A stretch of 64,000 nucleotides of DNA from Eledone cirrhosa (GCA_964016885.1 OZ024741.1:1860001-1924000); one strand, 5' to 3'; shown: positions 1 to 13,603, counted from the stretch's first letter. Notes: generated from the sequence alone by a model not told the origin. Program-made: numbers and translations.

Positions 1-62
1 CTTTGATAGATGGTGATAATTATAATTATAATCATAATCATAATGATGATGATGCTGATAAT

Positions 63-1795
63 TATAATATTTTTTCCCCGGTACTAAGTATTATTTCCTG
101 GTTTTTTATATCCCATTATTATAAGAAAACACTATTATTTAATTAGAAGTTTGGGTTTGTGGTTAGAAGTTTGATATTTCGAAATTTTCATATTTTTCAA
201 GAAAAAACACATTTAAAAAAAATTTATCAGTTCATATAATTAAATCAACAGAGTATACATTTATTTTATTACACAAGCTTATCAACAGCAAACAAGTAAA
301 AACAAATAACACTTATAAAGCAACTTATACACGTCAGAAATGACTGGATTTCCTGGATTTGCGGTTGTAGTCCAGGTCGCATTCCCGCACTAACCCCCAG
401 ATATAGTCCCCCATCATTTTTTCATTGTAGTGGCCCTGGTATCTCCGCTCTATCTCTTTCACATCTTGGTGGAATCGTTCGCCTTGTTCTTCTGAGTAGG
501 CGCCCATATTGTCCTTGAATTTTTCCAGGTGAGCGTCCAGCATATGGAGTTTCAGCGACATCCTGCATCCCATGGCGCCAAAAGCCTTTATCAGATCCTG
601 CACAAGTTGCTGGTAGTTTTCAGCTCTGTAGTTGCCCAGGAAGCCCTTAACAACTGCCTTGAAACAATTCCATGCTGTTCTCTCAATCCTATTGAGCTTT
701 TTGGAGAACTCGGTAGACTCAAACACCTTCTTTATCTGAGGTCAAACGAAAATTCCACCTTTGATTTTGGCCTCAGATAACTTGGGGAAGAACTCAAGAA
801 TGTACTTAAAAGCGGCTGATTCTTGGTTGAGAGCCTTCACAAACTGCTTCATCAACCCCAACTTAATGTGCAGTGGCGGCATGAGCACAATCCTGGGATC
901 AACCAGTGGCTCCCACATGACGTTCCGGGTCCCAACTACAAATTCTGTTCGCTGCTCCCAATTCTTTCTTTTGTAGTGGTCAGAGGTGGCTCTGCTGTCC
1001 CAAAGGCAGAGGAAGCATTGGAATTTGATAAAGCCTCCTTGGAGTCCAAGCAGGAAAGCCACCATCTTGAAGTCTCCAATGATTTCCCAATTGTACTGGT
1101 TGTATTGCAGAGCTTCCAAGAGGACTTTCACACTGTAGTAATCTTCCTTCAGGCAGACTAAATGAGCTAGGGGCAGTGTCGGGAACTTGTTTTCATTGTG
1201 GAGGAGGACAGCCTTCAAACTTGTGGTGGAGCTGTCTATAAATAGCCGACCCTCCTTGGGCACAAACGGCACCCCAATAACGTCAAACAGTCCAGGCACG
1301 CCATGGCAGAAGCAGAGGCCATCCCTAAGAGTGTAAAAGCCTGAGAAAGGTTCGTGTCGACTTCTCTGACTTGTCACCTGCACTTCCTCCTTGACCAAGT
1401 TCCACTGCTTCATCCTGGAGACGAATGCTTAAAACACAACATACCCTTTATTCAGGGTGCGAAAATCCAGTATCAATAAATCTCTTTAATCCACTTTTTA
1501 ACAATTTTATACTTTATTGCACTTTTATAATTTTCTTTAGGTATTACTCTTTATTTTATAATTTTAATTTAACCTGAAACATATATAAAAAAATCATTTA
1601 ACATAAGAAAATTAAGCTTACATACAACGTAAAATCCAGCATACAAATAATTCTAGTGAATAGCTTAGAATTTTTACAAACCCAAACTTTTAACTGTTTA
1701 ATAGCTCTTTTTTTTAAATTTATTTGGGACCTAAGCAACACAAAAAAGTGATTACAAGCCAGGAACAGCGAAACAAATTTTTATTGTTACACGCT
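63..1795 (-). mobile_element. Chapaev3-type (CMC superfamily) DNA transposon, internally deleted and frameshifted
   Basis: ORFs 742-1413 and 334-726 carry LFIDSS, GDFKM, CFLCLWDSRA, PPLHIKLGLMKQFVKAL and SEEQGERFHQD motifs, which I recall as Chapaev3 transposase motifs. The insert splits a PLE arm: ATAAT is repeated at 58-62 and 1796-1800, and the uninterrupted inverted copy is at 2420-2483. Confidence 0.75.
334..1413 (-). pseudogene. Chapaev3-like transposase, C-terminal portion in two frames
   Basis: Two consecutive ORFs (223 aa and 130 aa) joined by a frameshift near 730-742; the N-terminal Cys-rich region is missing. Confidence 0.75.
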
Positions 1796-2712
1796 ATAAT
1801 GTGATATTATAGATCCAAGTGGTACAATCTGGGTTATGGAATAGATAAGATGGAATTAAACTGGTCTAAAGTTCTCGAATTTGGTTGCCGATTTATGTAG
1901 ACAAAAAATAGTTCTTTCAATTTTACTGATGAGAAGAATTTTGTTATAATTTAAAATTTGGAAAAGCTCCATATTACAGAGACTGCAGTGGGACATACCA
2001 ATTTGATAGGCCATTGCTTTTGATAGCTTCGTCCAGCTGATATTATATTCCATGTTTGCATCTTTGAGTTGCCAGATTTTATTGGCGAGAGTCGTTGTAT
2101 TTAAGAGATACCTGTTAATCATAGAGTGTCTATGTACGTACCACCTTTTCTTAAACTCTCTATGATTAACAGGAATCTTTTAAATCAGCTGGACGAAGCT
2201 AACAAAAGCAATGGCCTATCAAATTGGTATGTCCCTCAGCGGTCTCTGTAATATGGAGCTTTTCCAAATTTTAAAATATAACAAAATTCTTCTTAACAGT
2301 AAAATTGAAAGAACTATTTTTTGTCGACATAAATCGGCAACCAAATTCGAAAACTTTAGACCAGCTTAATTCCATCTTATCTATTCCATAACCCAGATTG
2401 TACCACTTGGATCTATTATAATATCACATTATCAGCATCATCATCATTATGATTATAATTATAATTGTCACCATCTATCAAAGAACAACATCAAAACCTC
2501 TTATATTTACATTCTTATTTTATATATCTCTATCTTTCACTCTCTATATTTATATTTATCTCCCTAAATTTATTTCATCCCTGTCATTCTATTTTATCAT
2601 ATAATATAACTTAAAGATAATTAATTAATTTATTTGTTAAAATAACCAATACCCACATACCAAATATATTTAACATTATCATATTTTTACCTTCATATCT
2701 CTACATATCTTT
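1796..2712. mobile_element. PLE (Naiad-type) 3' fragment with inverted pseudo-LTR; continues at 1-62 and probably 4701-5445
   Basis: 1796-2126 (plus 1-62) is the reverse complement of 2158-2483. ORF 1856-2122 encodes the GIY-YIG C-terminus (IWQLKD...CSLCNMELFQIL...CLHK). Confidence 0.75.
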
Positions 2713-4700
2713 TCTTTATATGTATAAAAGCGAGGGTGTGTGTGTGTCTGTGTACAAATTGCATACTTAAGGCTTTTACAATTACCAACTGAATTTGACC
2801 AAATTTTCTGTGCACGTTGCACGGGTCGCTATGATTGTCACATCACAAACATTTTTCAAATCGACCCACGTTGAGCAATAAAAAATCGATATCAAAATTA
2901 TCGGTATAAAAATTGATGTAAGGGAGATAAGAAACTTTATTGACAATCCTTATAAAAAAGGGAGATAACCAACTTTTCAGAAATATAAACATCACATTCA
3001 TTTGAAGATAATTCCCTAATATTATCGTTTGTTTCTTGTTTATTCTTTGTTGCACTTTCAAAGTTAAAAAACACTTGTTGTTTTAACTTGTTTCACTATA
3101 TTAAGTGTTAATTTTCGCGTTAAGGGCCTAATCTCGCAGCAGTCTCGAATTGACGAGATTTTGATGATGGTTTGTTTATTTTAAAACAATCGTTATGGGA
3201 CTTTCCATTCAAACCATTGGGACCTACAACTTTTACATTTTTAAAACTTTCATAAGCCATGTTGATACAAAAAAAAAAAATTTGTTGCACTTTCAAAGTT
3301 AACTGTAACGCTTCAATTCATACATTTTGACTTTACAACTTTTCACCAAATATGTCCCGTAAAAGAAAGTATGCACATATTGGCTATCGGTCGAAGAAAA
3401 CAATGCGTGTAAATGACGCTCCGCTGATAACCGAAAATAGACAATCACTAAATGCGGTGAGTACAGTTATTGCAACATCTTTTCCGCCACTGAGCGTCGG
3501 TTAGTGCGGTGAACCAATAATGCTAAAGCAACTGCTACAGCACGAGCTGTAGAGACTACAGAGCAACGTGAAACACGCCTTGCTATGCATGCTACAGATA
3601 CTGCTGCAGCAAGATCTGCAGAGACAGTACAAAAATATGAAAGATGCCGTGCGCGTAATGCTTCAGCTAATGTTGCAGCAAGAGCAATTGAGACTGAGCA
3701 AGAACGTCAAAGTCGGCATTTGAGAAATGCTTCAGCTACTGCCACGGCACGAGCTGTAGAGACTGTAACAAGTCGAGCTATTCGGCTGGAGGGTAACTCT
3801 CAACGTAGAGCTTTATCGCGGGGTATTTTAAAGGCATCCCGCTCACGATGGTACCTTAAGGCAGTTAATTATGACCCTAATGTAAACTATCAAATCCATC
3901 CTGATATTCAAATATATGCCATGTCAAATACTTGCCAACATTGTAAAGCTAAAAAGTGGGTTGGGGGTGGGGGAGAATCAGCTGGAATGTGCTGCTCCAA
4001 CGGTAAGGTTATTTTTCCCACCCTTAGGGAACCACCGCAACCTCTCCAGATGTTTCTAACAGGTAAGCATTCACAATCACGTGATTTTCTGAAGCATATC
4101 CGACAGTACAACATTGCGTTTCAAATGACCTCTTTCGGTGAGAAACGTCTGCTCACGAGTTGGCAGTCGAGATAATCTCTTTGCGTTTGTTCCGAAAAGA
4201 AAAACAAAGAATATCGTCTATCCTGAAGTGCTTTAGTGTTAACAAAAAAACTTATTACAGCTCTGCCTTGACTTCACCTTACTCATTACAATGAATATGT
4301 CATGCAGGATATTTTGGATTATAAGTTAAAAATTTAACCATACACAGCAAAGGATGCTCTCAAAGAATAGATTTTCTCTTATTCTACTCTCATTGTTTTT
4401 TTGTTTGTATACAACTCTGCTTTCATTACAACTTTTTGTACTTTAGCAAAACTGCCTGTTTTTTTTTACAGATTTGCAACGTGTATTGTCTTTAATCATT
4501 TGTATAACTACATCCTGTTCAGTGTTTTCCTTCATTATCAGCATAGTTTTATGTGCACTAAATATTCGTTTGCATTAATTATTGAAGACTTCTGCTTATT
4601 TTAACAGGTTGGGGACAAATAATGTTCTTTTACTTCCTAGCTGTATTTACTTCCTAGCTGTATATTCTAACCCCCGAGCAACGCCGGGTAAATCTGCTAG
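2713..4700 (+). mobile_element. Helitron, non-autonomous internal-deletion derivative
   Basis: 5' TC terminus (tctttatatgtataaaag); 3' GC-rich hairpin cccgagcaacgccggg (4673-4688) then CTAG at 4697-4700 followed by T. Encodes the RepHel N-terminal Zn motif and the helicase C-terminal tail. Confidence 0.9.
3585..4216 (+). pseudogene. Helitron RepHel remnant (N-terminal Zn finger region joined to the last ~28 codons)
   Basis: CQHCKAKKW...CCSNGKV...FLKHIRQYNIAFQMTSFG, then in another frame CSRVGSRDNLFAFVPKRKTKNIVYPEVL*, typical of the end of Helitron PIF1 helicases. Confidence 0.85.
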
Positions 4701-5271
4701 TATTCTAATAATTCTCAAAAACCAATCTCAATAATTTTAATATGTTTAAATATTCTTCGCAAATTTTTACTTCTTTTGCGTATTTATTTTCATTTTTCAT
4801 TTTCAAATTTTATACCACTTTGTATCACATTAGATGTAATTTATTAATTTATTTATTTATTTATTTATTTATCAATTTTTTATCAATTTTTTTATATATT
4901 TTTTATATATTTATTTTTATTTTTATTTACATTTATTCATATATTAACGTTTATTCATTTATTTCCCCCTTTATTTTTCTTTCTCTCCTACGTTATTTTT
5001 AATTATGCTTGTCTCTCCTCTGTCTCTGATTATTTTCTCTATACATTTTCTTCTCATTATATATACATTTTTTTCTTTGTAATAATTTCTCCTTTTTCTT
5101 CTTTTTCTCTTTCTCTTTTTCTTTTTCCTTCTTTTTTACTTTTCCTTTCCTTTCTTTACTGTATTTATCTCCTCTTCTTCCTTCTTTTCTCTCTATATCT
5201 TTATTATTAATATTATTATTGATGATGTAATTTGAATTTGTAAATTTGCCGATTACATATATTTTCAATTA

Positions 5272-5382
5272 ACAGTTTCTGAAGATCTGATCGAGCTAAC
5301 ATCGTATTTAAAATTGAGTGGCACTGCTTCTAGTGTTCAGCAATTTTAGACATCTTTATCAGTGAAACAATTGTTAGACTGT
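5272..5382 (+). ncRNA. Type I hammerhead ribozyme with ~80-nt stem II extension
   Basis: acagttt-CTGAAGA-long hairpin-GAAAC-aatt-GTT-agactgt; stem I pairs over 7 bp; stem III is the palindrome acaattgt. Confidence 0.7.
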
Positions 5383-5607
5383 AAATAAATCCCCTTTTTT
5401 GTACTGTTGACCATGTTATTCTCCACCTTTTCAATTTTATTACTCCAAGATAAACTTACATAGGAAAACAAGTGAAATCATAAACTCGTCATCGACGTAA
5501 ACCTCTTGTTGAGTCAAACAATGCTGTACGCTAAAACTATCCATAATAAGAAGTATTCATAACCTCTAACTGGATTACCTATAAAGATATTTTGTTATAC
5601 TTTATAT

Positions 5608-5616
5608 TTATATATT

Positions 5617-5648
<32 letters not shown>

Positions 5649-5694
5649 TGTGTGTGTGTGCGTGTGCGTGTGCATATATATATGTATATATACA

Positions 5695-5746
<52 letters not shown>

Positions 5747-5826
5747 ACGTACATACATATATGTATACAGACGTACAGTAGTATGTATATATACATACAT
5801 GCACACATATATATATATATGTACGT
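5608..5826. repeat. (TA)n / (TG)n compound microsatellite
   Basis: Direct reading. Confidence 0.95.
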
Positions 5827-5944
5827 ATGGATTTACCGAGCATTTATTATAATGCTCGGTTTGTTTGTCAACAAACATCCAGAATTAAGCCGTACAGTGT
5901 TTAGCAACCACCGTCGCCTTTTTGTTCAACACTAACAAAGGAAC

Positions 5945-5983
5945 AATGTACTAGTTTCAAGCTTATTAGCTATCGTCAGCACC
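5945..5983 (-). ncRNA. Minimal type I hammerhead ribozyme in a ~310-bp ORF-less insert between (TA)n runs
   Basis: Minus strand reads ggtg-CTGACGA-t-agct-aata-agct-t-GAAAC-ta-GTA-catt; palindromic stem III actagt. Confidence 0.75.
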
Positions 5984-6157
5984 GTATACCTTCCTGATAG
6001 ATGATTGAACGTATGCAAGTATATACTTTCCTTATGCATATTAACGGCTGAGCAGCCTAATTTGCATATCGAGTGAGTTAATCGGCTGGGCGCACCGTAA
6101 ACGATAAATGGAAAAAAATGAAACGAAATTTCATTTCTCACTCTTAGTATGTGTACT

Positions 6158-6464
<307 letters not shown>

Positions 6465-6719
6465 GCACATATCTGTCTATATAGCTGTCTATCCATCCGT
6501 CTATACATCCATACATCTTTCTGTATTGATTGATGATCGATCGACCTATCTGTCTGTGTGTCAGTCTGTCTAGTAAACACCCCACCCTCTCGTCTGACAT
6601 AGAATTACGGAGATCAACGTTTGAAAAAGCATTTGTATCGATTATAAGTCACAGAAAGGTCAAGTTTCTATTTAAGTGTGCCTGTACTTATCTACCTCGG
6701 TTCCCACCCCGAGTCATAC

Positions 6720-7049
6720 ACCACCGCCACATCACAAACACTACCATCACCACAACCACCACCATCACCACCATCACCACAATCACCACAATCACCACCA
6801 TCACCACCATCACCATCGCCACCATCATCACCATCACAACCATCACCATCACCACCTTAACCACCACAATCACTATCGCCACGAACACCACCACAACCAC
6901 CACCACCACCATCACCATTACCATCACCATCATCACCTGCACAACCACCATCGCCACCAACACCACCATCACCACCACTACCACCACCACCAACACTACT
7001 ACCACCACTACCACCACCACTACTACCACCGCCACCACCACCACACCAC
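6720..7049. repeat. (CAC/CAT)n trinucleotide repeat
   Basis: Direct reading; gives spurious poly-Thr/His/Val ORFs. Confidence 0.95.
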
Positions 7050-7178
7050 CGTGTGTATTGATTACAACCTGTGCAGTTAACTGCAGCAACAACTGAATCA
7101 GCTGCAATAAAGAACGACTCAATAAAATACATCAATAAAATAACAACGACAATAGAATTAGAGCAGAATTAATTTTAT

Positions 7179-7505
7179 CTTTGGAAAAGTCCTTGGTCTG
7201 CCAGGGAGGGTGGGGTTGCTAGTTGAAGATAAACCCCCCAGGTATGGAAACTGTAATAGTTACCTTTGGAAAAGTCCTTGGTCTGCCAGGGAGGGTGGGG
7301 TTGCTAGTTGAAGCTAAAACCTCCAGGTATGGAAGCTGTAATAGTTACCTTTAGAAAGGTCTTTTGTCTGTCAGTGCTACTGGGAGGCTGGGGTTGCTAG
7401 TTGAAGATAAACCCCCCAGGTATGGAAGCTGTAATAGTTACCTTTGGAAAGGTCCTTGGTCTGCCAGGGAGGGTGGGGTTGCTAGCTGAAGCTCAAGCCT
7501 CCAGA
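7179..7505. repeat. ~85-bp minisatellite, about 3.8 copies
   Basis: Units beginning tt(g/a)gaaa(a/g)gtcc start at 7181, 7266, 7351 and 7444. Confidence 0.9.
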
Positions 7506-7509
7506 GCTA

Positions 7510-9209
7510 AATTATTTCACAGCGAAACAATTACGCCAACAAGCGACGTTTGTTGGACGTAAAGATAAGATAAATATTATTAATTGTAAGTCCCCCACAA
7601 CAAACATGGAATCAACAACACGTGCTACAGGTCGCCATGCTACTAGACTTCCTAGCAGCCAGGTCGAACAGTGCCTTGAAACAACTATGCCTGTAAGAAA
7701 CTTGACACCACGTGTACCATTTAAGTCTACCTCGAATGCTGGGGAAAACACTATCGATAATAATAATAATCGAAGAAATAATAATAATTGTTTCTACTTT
7801 TGGCACAAGGCCAGCAATTACCCAGTACATTACTGGTACTTTATTTTATCGACCCCGTAAGGATGAAAGGCAAAGTTAACCTCGGCGGGATTTGAACTCA
7901 GATCGTAAAGAGACGTAACTACGATGGAAAGCATGTCTGACCCTAATAATCGAAGAAATTTGACACCACGTGTACCATCAGAGTCTACCTCGACTATTGT
8001 GGAAAATACTATCGATAATGATAATAATCAAAAGTATAATCAATTGAAAATCTCCCTCAACGAAATCTTCCAGAGAGAAATTAATTCATGTATAAACATT
8101 TCTCTTGCTGAACGTTTTAAAATACTGGGTCCGTGCTAAGCAATTCTGAAATATTTGAAATAATGGAAAATAATAAAAATCCAATCTACCTGCTTCAATT
8201 CTTCTGTTGTCTGGTGAGTGACAAAAATATTGAACCTAGATGAATTGGTGAAACTATTCCCGTCTCTTTCTTCACACACGCACTCTCTTTCTCCCTCCAA
8301 CCCCTCTCTCTCTCTCTCTACATATATATATTATGTTTTTGATTTTTATTTTGTTGTTTTATTAGGGTGCAATATCTGTACACGAATATTGGCAACTCAA
8401 CGCCTGTTTATATGCCTTAGCAACGACAGTGAAGCATTATCTTGGTGATATGATAGCAGAGATATTAACAAGAACAAAACACCACCAAAAATACCATCAT
8501 TTATAACTAAAATAGACAAAAAGATTGCTGACCTACGAAAAACCATAGGATATGTGACAATGCTCATTACATGCAAACCAACACAAAAAGACTTCACCAC
8601 TCACCAACAAAGAGTGAAAAATAAAATAGAGACGATGTTTGGTAACAGTATAACCAGAACTGTTCAATATAAGCTGATCACCTCAAACAAGAATTGAGAG
8701 CTGTTAGCGAAAAACGCCGATACCTGAAGACGGTAGATGAAAGAAAAGTGCTTAATAAAATATTCAAACGAAACCAAACATCAGTCTATAGAGATATGAA
8801 GGGCAAAATAATAAGTGACACTGAGACCCCATCCCAGAAAGACATAGATTCCTTTTGGAGAAAAATATGGGGTGAAAAGAAGAATTTCAACCAAGATGCA
8901 GTGTGGCTGAAAGAAATCCAAAAGAACTATTGCTCCTACACTACAACAAAAACATACGAGATAAGTGAGGGTACCCTTGAGACTGTGATAGGAAAACTCC
9001 AAGATAAGAAAACACCAGGAAGAGACATGATTGTCGGCTACTGGTACAAAAAACTGATATTCTATCGGAGGTATCTTACCGACCTCTACCAACAAGTTCT
9101 TAAGGGAGATACACTTATACCAGAATGGTTAACATTAGCACAAACATTACTGGTCCCCAAGAACAAAGACACCCACTTGGCAAAAACTACCGACCCATTG
9201 CATGCCAAA
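7510..9209 (+). mobile_element. R4/Dong-clade LINE, 5' part, truncated at the start of the RT
   Basis: ORF pieces MESTTRATGRH..., FWRKIW, PGRDMIVGYWYKKL, PEWLTLAQTLLVPK and NYRPIAC are homologous to the Dong ORFs at 35573-36657 and 39100-39998. Confidence 0.75.
7781..7943 (-). mobile_element. tRNA-derived SINE
   Basis: Reverse complement of the SINE at 33309-33496; flanked by repeated taataatcgaagaaat (7764-7779 and 7944-7959), a probable target-site duplication. Confidence 0.85.
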
Positions 9210-10260
9210 TGGTGATGAGAAACGTGTCCCGCATGTGCAACCCCGAAGAACTAGAGAGACACATACAACACTTCATCCACCGTATGCAGTTCTCTGGTTA
9301 CAATCAGAGAGATAAAATCATAGTATATAGAGGAGCCAGAACCAAATGGGAAAAAATGGTAAATAATGACACAAATGGGACCTGCCCCTTGTATAGGAGC
9401 AAATTTTGGAATAGAATAGAAAGAACTAAGAATAAGGCTAATAGAATAAACTCATGGTATGATAGCAATAAATACCAGAGTGTAATGTTCATCGATACAA
9501 CCCCTAGAGGTGAATTAGCTTACAAATTTAGAAGGGCCCTAGATAAACATAAACTCAATATTAAGATAGTAGAAAGACCAGGTACCTCCATAAAAACACT
9601 TATTAGCAATACATACCCCTTTCAGAGACCTCCCTGTATAGATAAGAAATGTATAATCTCTAAATTGAGCCCCCATATTAGCTGTAAAACTAGAAATGTA
9701 GTATATAGCATAAGATGTACTGAAGGACAATGTAGAGATAAAAATATAATGTACATAGGTGAGACAGCTCGTAGTATAGGGGAACGGATAAATGAACACT
9801 GGCGAGACCTTCAAGATAGTAAAGAATCATCTGTACTCTACCAACATGCTAAAATAGAACATAAGGGTAAATTAGAGAACATAGAAATAAAAATAGAATC
9901 TACACACAGAAAAGACGCAATGTTTAGACAAATCACAACGGCAATAAACATAAACGAACTCCAACCAAAATTAAATAGAAAACATGAGTGGAACAGCAAC
10001 ATCACAACTTACAATTAAGGACAAAATGAAAACACACACGCACATGTAAATAAATAAATAAATAAACGAATATAAACACACACAGACACCCGGATGTAAC
10101 ACATGCGCAAACTAAGCACACAACACACACACAAAAACAAGATGGCGTAGGACAGAACAAAGGAGAGGCACACAAACAAAGAACAGAATCCCCAGTCACT
10201 GAAGAGGTCACAGAATGTGTGACGAAAGAACTATGACAATATATAAACAATCATCTGGTT
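9210..10260 (+). mobile_element. PLE, 5'-truncated (thumb, GIY-YIG endonuclease, 3' UTR)
   Basis: RMQFSGY, CKTRNVVYSIRC...C...YIGETARSIGERINEH, P.LN motifs; stop at 10018; HHR downstream. Confidence 0.85.
10195..10237 (+). ncRNA. Minimal type I hammerhead ribozyme in the PLE 3' UTR
   Basis: gtca-CTGAAGA-g-gtcaca-gaatg-tgtgac-GAAA-g-aa-CTA-tgac. Confidence 0.8.
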
Positions 10261-10460
10261 GTGGAACCAACCAACCAACCGGAAATTTATAAACTCCTAA
10301 ATTTATAAATTTATTATAATAAATTGAAGTGAAAGCAACTGGTGCGTGTGTTTCTTATTGGCAACATGACCCTCCCAAAGTATAACAATATATATATATA
10401 TATTTATATATATATATATATGTGTGTGTAAGTATTTATGCATGTGTATACATATGCATA

Positions 10461-10491
<31 letters not shown>

Positions 10492-10692
10492 ATGGGGTGT
10501 GTGTAAGTTTGTTTATGCGTATGAGTGTGGGTGTGTGTATGTAACTGTAAGTAAGGTTATATGTGTGCATATGACTGAGTATGTGTGTGTAAGTATGTGT
10601 GTGTATGTATGTAAGTATATCTCTTTATCCCAGATTATTCATCTCTCCCTTTCTTTCTAGTTCCTCTCTCTCCTTCCCATCGTCACACCTCT

Positions 10693-11427
10693 ACCACCAC
10701 CACCACCACCACCACCAATAGCAACAGCAACAACCCCACCACCACCACCACGACTACCACCACCACCACCACTACCACCACCACCACCACATCTAATAGC
10801 ACCACCACGACGACTACCACCACCACCACCACCACCACCACCACTACTACCACCACCACCACCACCACCGCCACCACCACCACCACCGCCACCGCCACCA
10901 CCACCACCACCACCACCACCACACCACCACCACCACCACCACCACCACTACCACCACCACCACCACCACCACCGACACCACCACCACCACCACCACCACA
11001 CCACCACCACCACCATCACCACCACCACCACCATCACCACCACCACCACCACCACCACCACCACCACCACCACCACCACCACTACCACCACCACCACCAC
11101 ATCTAATAGCACCACCACGACGACTACCACCACCACCACCACCACCACCACCACCACCACTACTACCACCACCACCACCACCGCCACCACCACCACCACC
11201 GCCACCACCACCACCACCACCACCACCACACCACCACCACCACCACCACCACCACCACTACCACCACCACCACCGACACCACCACCACCACCACCACCAC
11301 ACCACCACCACCACCATCACCACCACCACCACCACCACACCACCAGCACCACCACCGCCGCCACCACCACCACCACCATACACACCACCGCCACCACCAC
11401 CACCACCACCACCACCACCACCACCAT
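10693..11427. repeat. (CAC)n array with a ~310-bp internal duplication
   Basis: Marker acatctaatagcaccaccacgacgac occurs at 10789 and 11099. Confidence 0.9.
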
Positions 11428-11616
11428 ACGCCACCCTACCGCTCTGCCTATCTCCTCCACCCTATTTGACCTAATTAGCAATCTGTCTATCTTTACTACA
11501 TCTTCTCTTGACCTAATTGTAAAGGCCTCTCACAGAAATTGCAATTTCATTCAAACTTTCATTGACCTAATTGAGAATTCTTCTAGAGTTTAATGGCTAC
11601 CACTCCAGCAACCAAT

Positions 11617-13280
11617 CTACACTGTGTTATACTACACTGTCACACCACACTGTTACACTGTACTGTGTCACACTACACTCTATCACACTATACTGTGTCA
11701 CATTACACTGTGTCACACTACACTGTCACACTACACTGTATCACACTATACTGTGTCACACTACATTGTCACACTATATTGTGTCACACTACACTGTATC
11801 ACACTACACTGGGTCACACTACACGGTCACACTAGACTGTGTCACACTACACTGTCACACTACACTGTGTCACAACACACTGTGTCACACTATACTGTGT
11901 CACACTACGCTGTGTCACACTAAACTGTGTCATCCTACACTGTGTTACATTATACCGTTTCACACTATACTGTGTCACACAACACTGTGTCACACTACAC
12001 TGTTACACTACACTGTTACACTACACTGTGTCACACTACACTGTCTCACACTACACTGTGTCACACTACACTGTGTCACACTATATTGTGTCACAATACA
12101 TCGTGACACACAACACTGTGTCACAACACAAGGTGTCACACCATACTGTATCACACTATACTATGTCACACTACACTGTGTCACACTACACTGTGTCACA
12201 CTACACTGTCTCACACTACACTGTTACATTACACTGTGTCACACTATAATGTGTCACACTACACTGTCACACTACAGTGTATCACACCACACTATGTCAC
12301 ACTACACTGTGTGACACTACTCTGTGTCACACTACACTGTATCACACCACACTGTCACACCACAACAATAGTCACACACCCTCTGGCACACTACCCCCTA
12401 CACTGTACTACGCTGTTTATAGTGCTCCCTATTACTGGGCCACAAAGGCACACATTGCTCCATATTATAAACTGTGCCACACTGCCATACACTGTCATAC
12501 ACTGTTCCATATCATGTTACACTGGGACACACTATCATACAATGTTCCATACCATGTTACACTGTCACACACTGTCATACACTGTTTCATACTATGTTAA
12601 ATTGCGACACACGGTCGTACACGGTTCTATACCATGTTACACTGTGACACAGTGTCATACACTGTCCCATACCATGTTACACTGTGACACACTGTCATAC
12701 ACTGTTCCATACCATGTTACACTGTGACACATTGTCAAACACTCTTCCATACCATGTTACACTGTTTCATACCATGTTACACTGTGACGCAGTGCCATAC
12801 ACTGTTACATACCTTGTTACACTGTGGCACAGTGTCATACATTGTTCCATACCATGCTACACTGTGACACACTGTCTTATACCGTTACATACCATGTTAC
12901 ACTGTGACACACTGTCATACACTGTTCCATACCATGTTACACTGTGACACATTGTCAAACACTCTTCTTCCATACCATGTTACACTGTGTCACACTGCCA
13001 TACACGGTTTCATACCATGTTACACTGTGACACAGTGTCATACACTGTTCTATACCATGTTACACTGTGACGCAGTGCCATACACTGTTCCATACCTTGT
13101 TACATTGTGACACAGTGTCATACATTGTTCCATACCATGTTACACTGTAACACACTGTCTTATACCGTTACATACCATGTTACACTGTGACACACTGTCA
13201 TACACTGTTCCATACCACGTTTCACTGTAACAGTCACACATTATACCATAGCATAACACACTATGCCACACTGTTCCACA
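11617..13280. repeat. Two-phase satellite: 15-bp unit, then 40-bp unit
   Basis: (cacactacactgtgt)n to about 12360; (tacactgttccataccatgttacactgtgacacactgtca)n from about 12480. Confidence 0.9.
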
Positions 13281-13518
13281 CAAAAACAAAATGGTAAGAG
13301 ACTCTGGGGGCGAGCTGGACATCAGTACTGTTGGTAGGGACTGAAACTGCCAAAGTCCACCGCTACGGCTGATAACCCTGGAGGTCTTTGTCTTTCGTTT
13401 GTATTTTTATTTTAAAAAAAACAATTTTTAAGGTTCCCCTTAAAAATTTTGTTTTCGTTTACTTTTGTTTTCGTTCGTTGTCTTGTTCTCTGTTAATTTT
13501 CTTAATTTTATACATACA

Positions 13519-13603
<85 letters not shown>

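Noticed and set aside
7179-7505. CRISPR-like regular repeats
   Set aside because: Whole units repeat with no unique spacers, there are no cas genes, and the context is eukaryotic.
9125-10018. 297-aa ORF that looks like a novel Dong-PLE fusion protein
   Set aside because: Chance in-frame junction near 9210 between a truncated R4/Dong fragment and a 5'-truncated PLE; the RT core is absent.
13290-13390. GC-richer island with a GTAAG donor-like site
   Set aside because: No matching acceptor or recognisable peptide.
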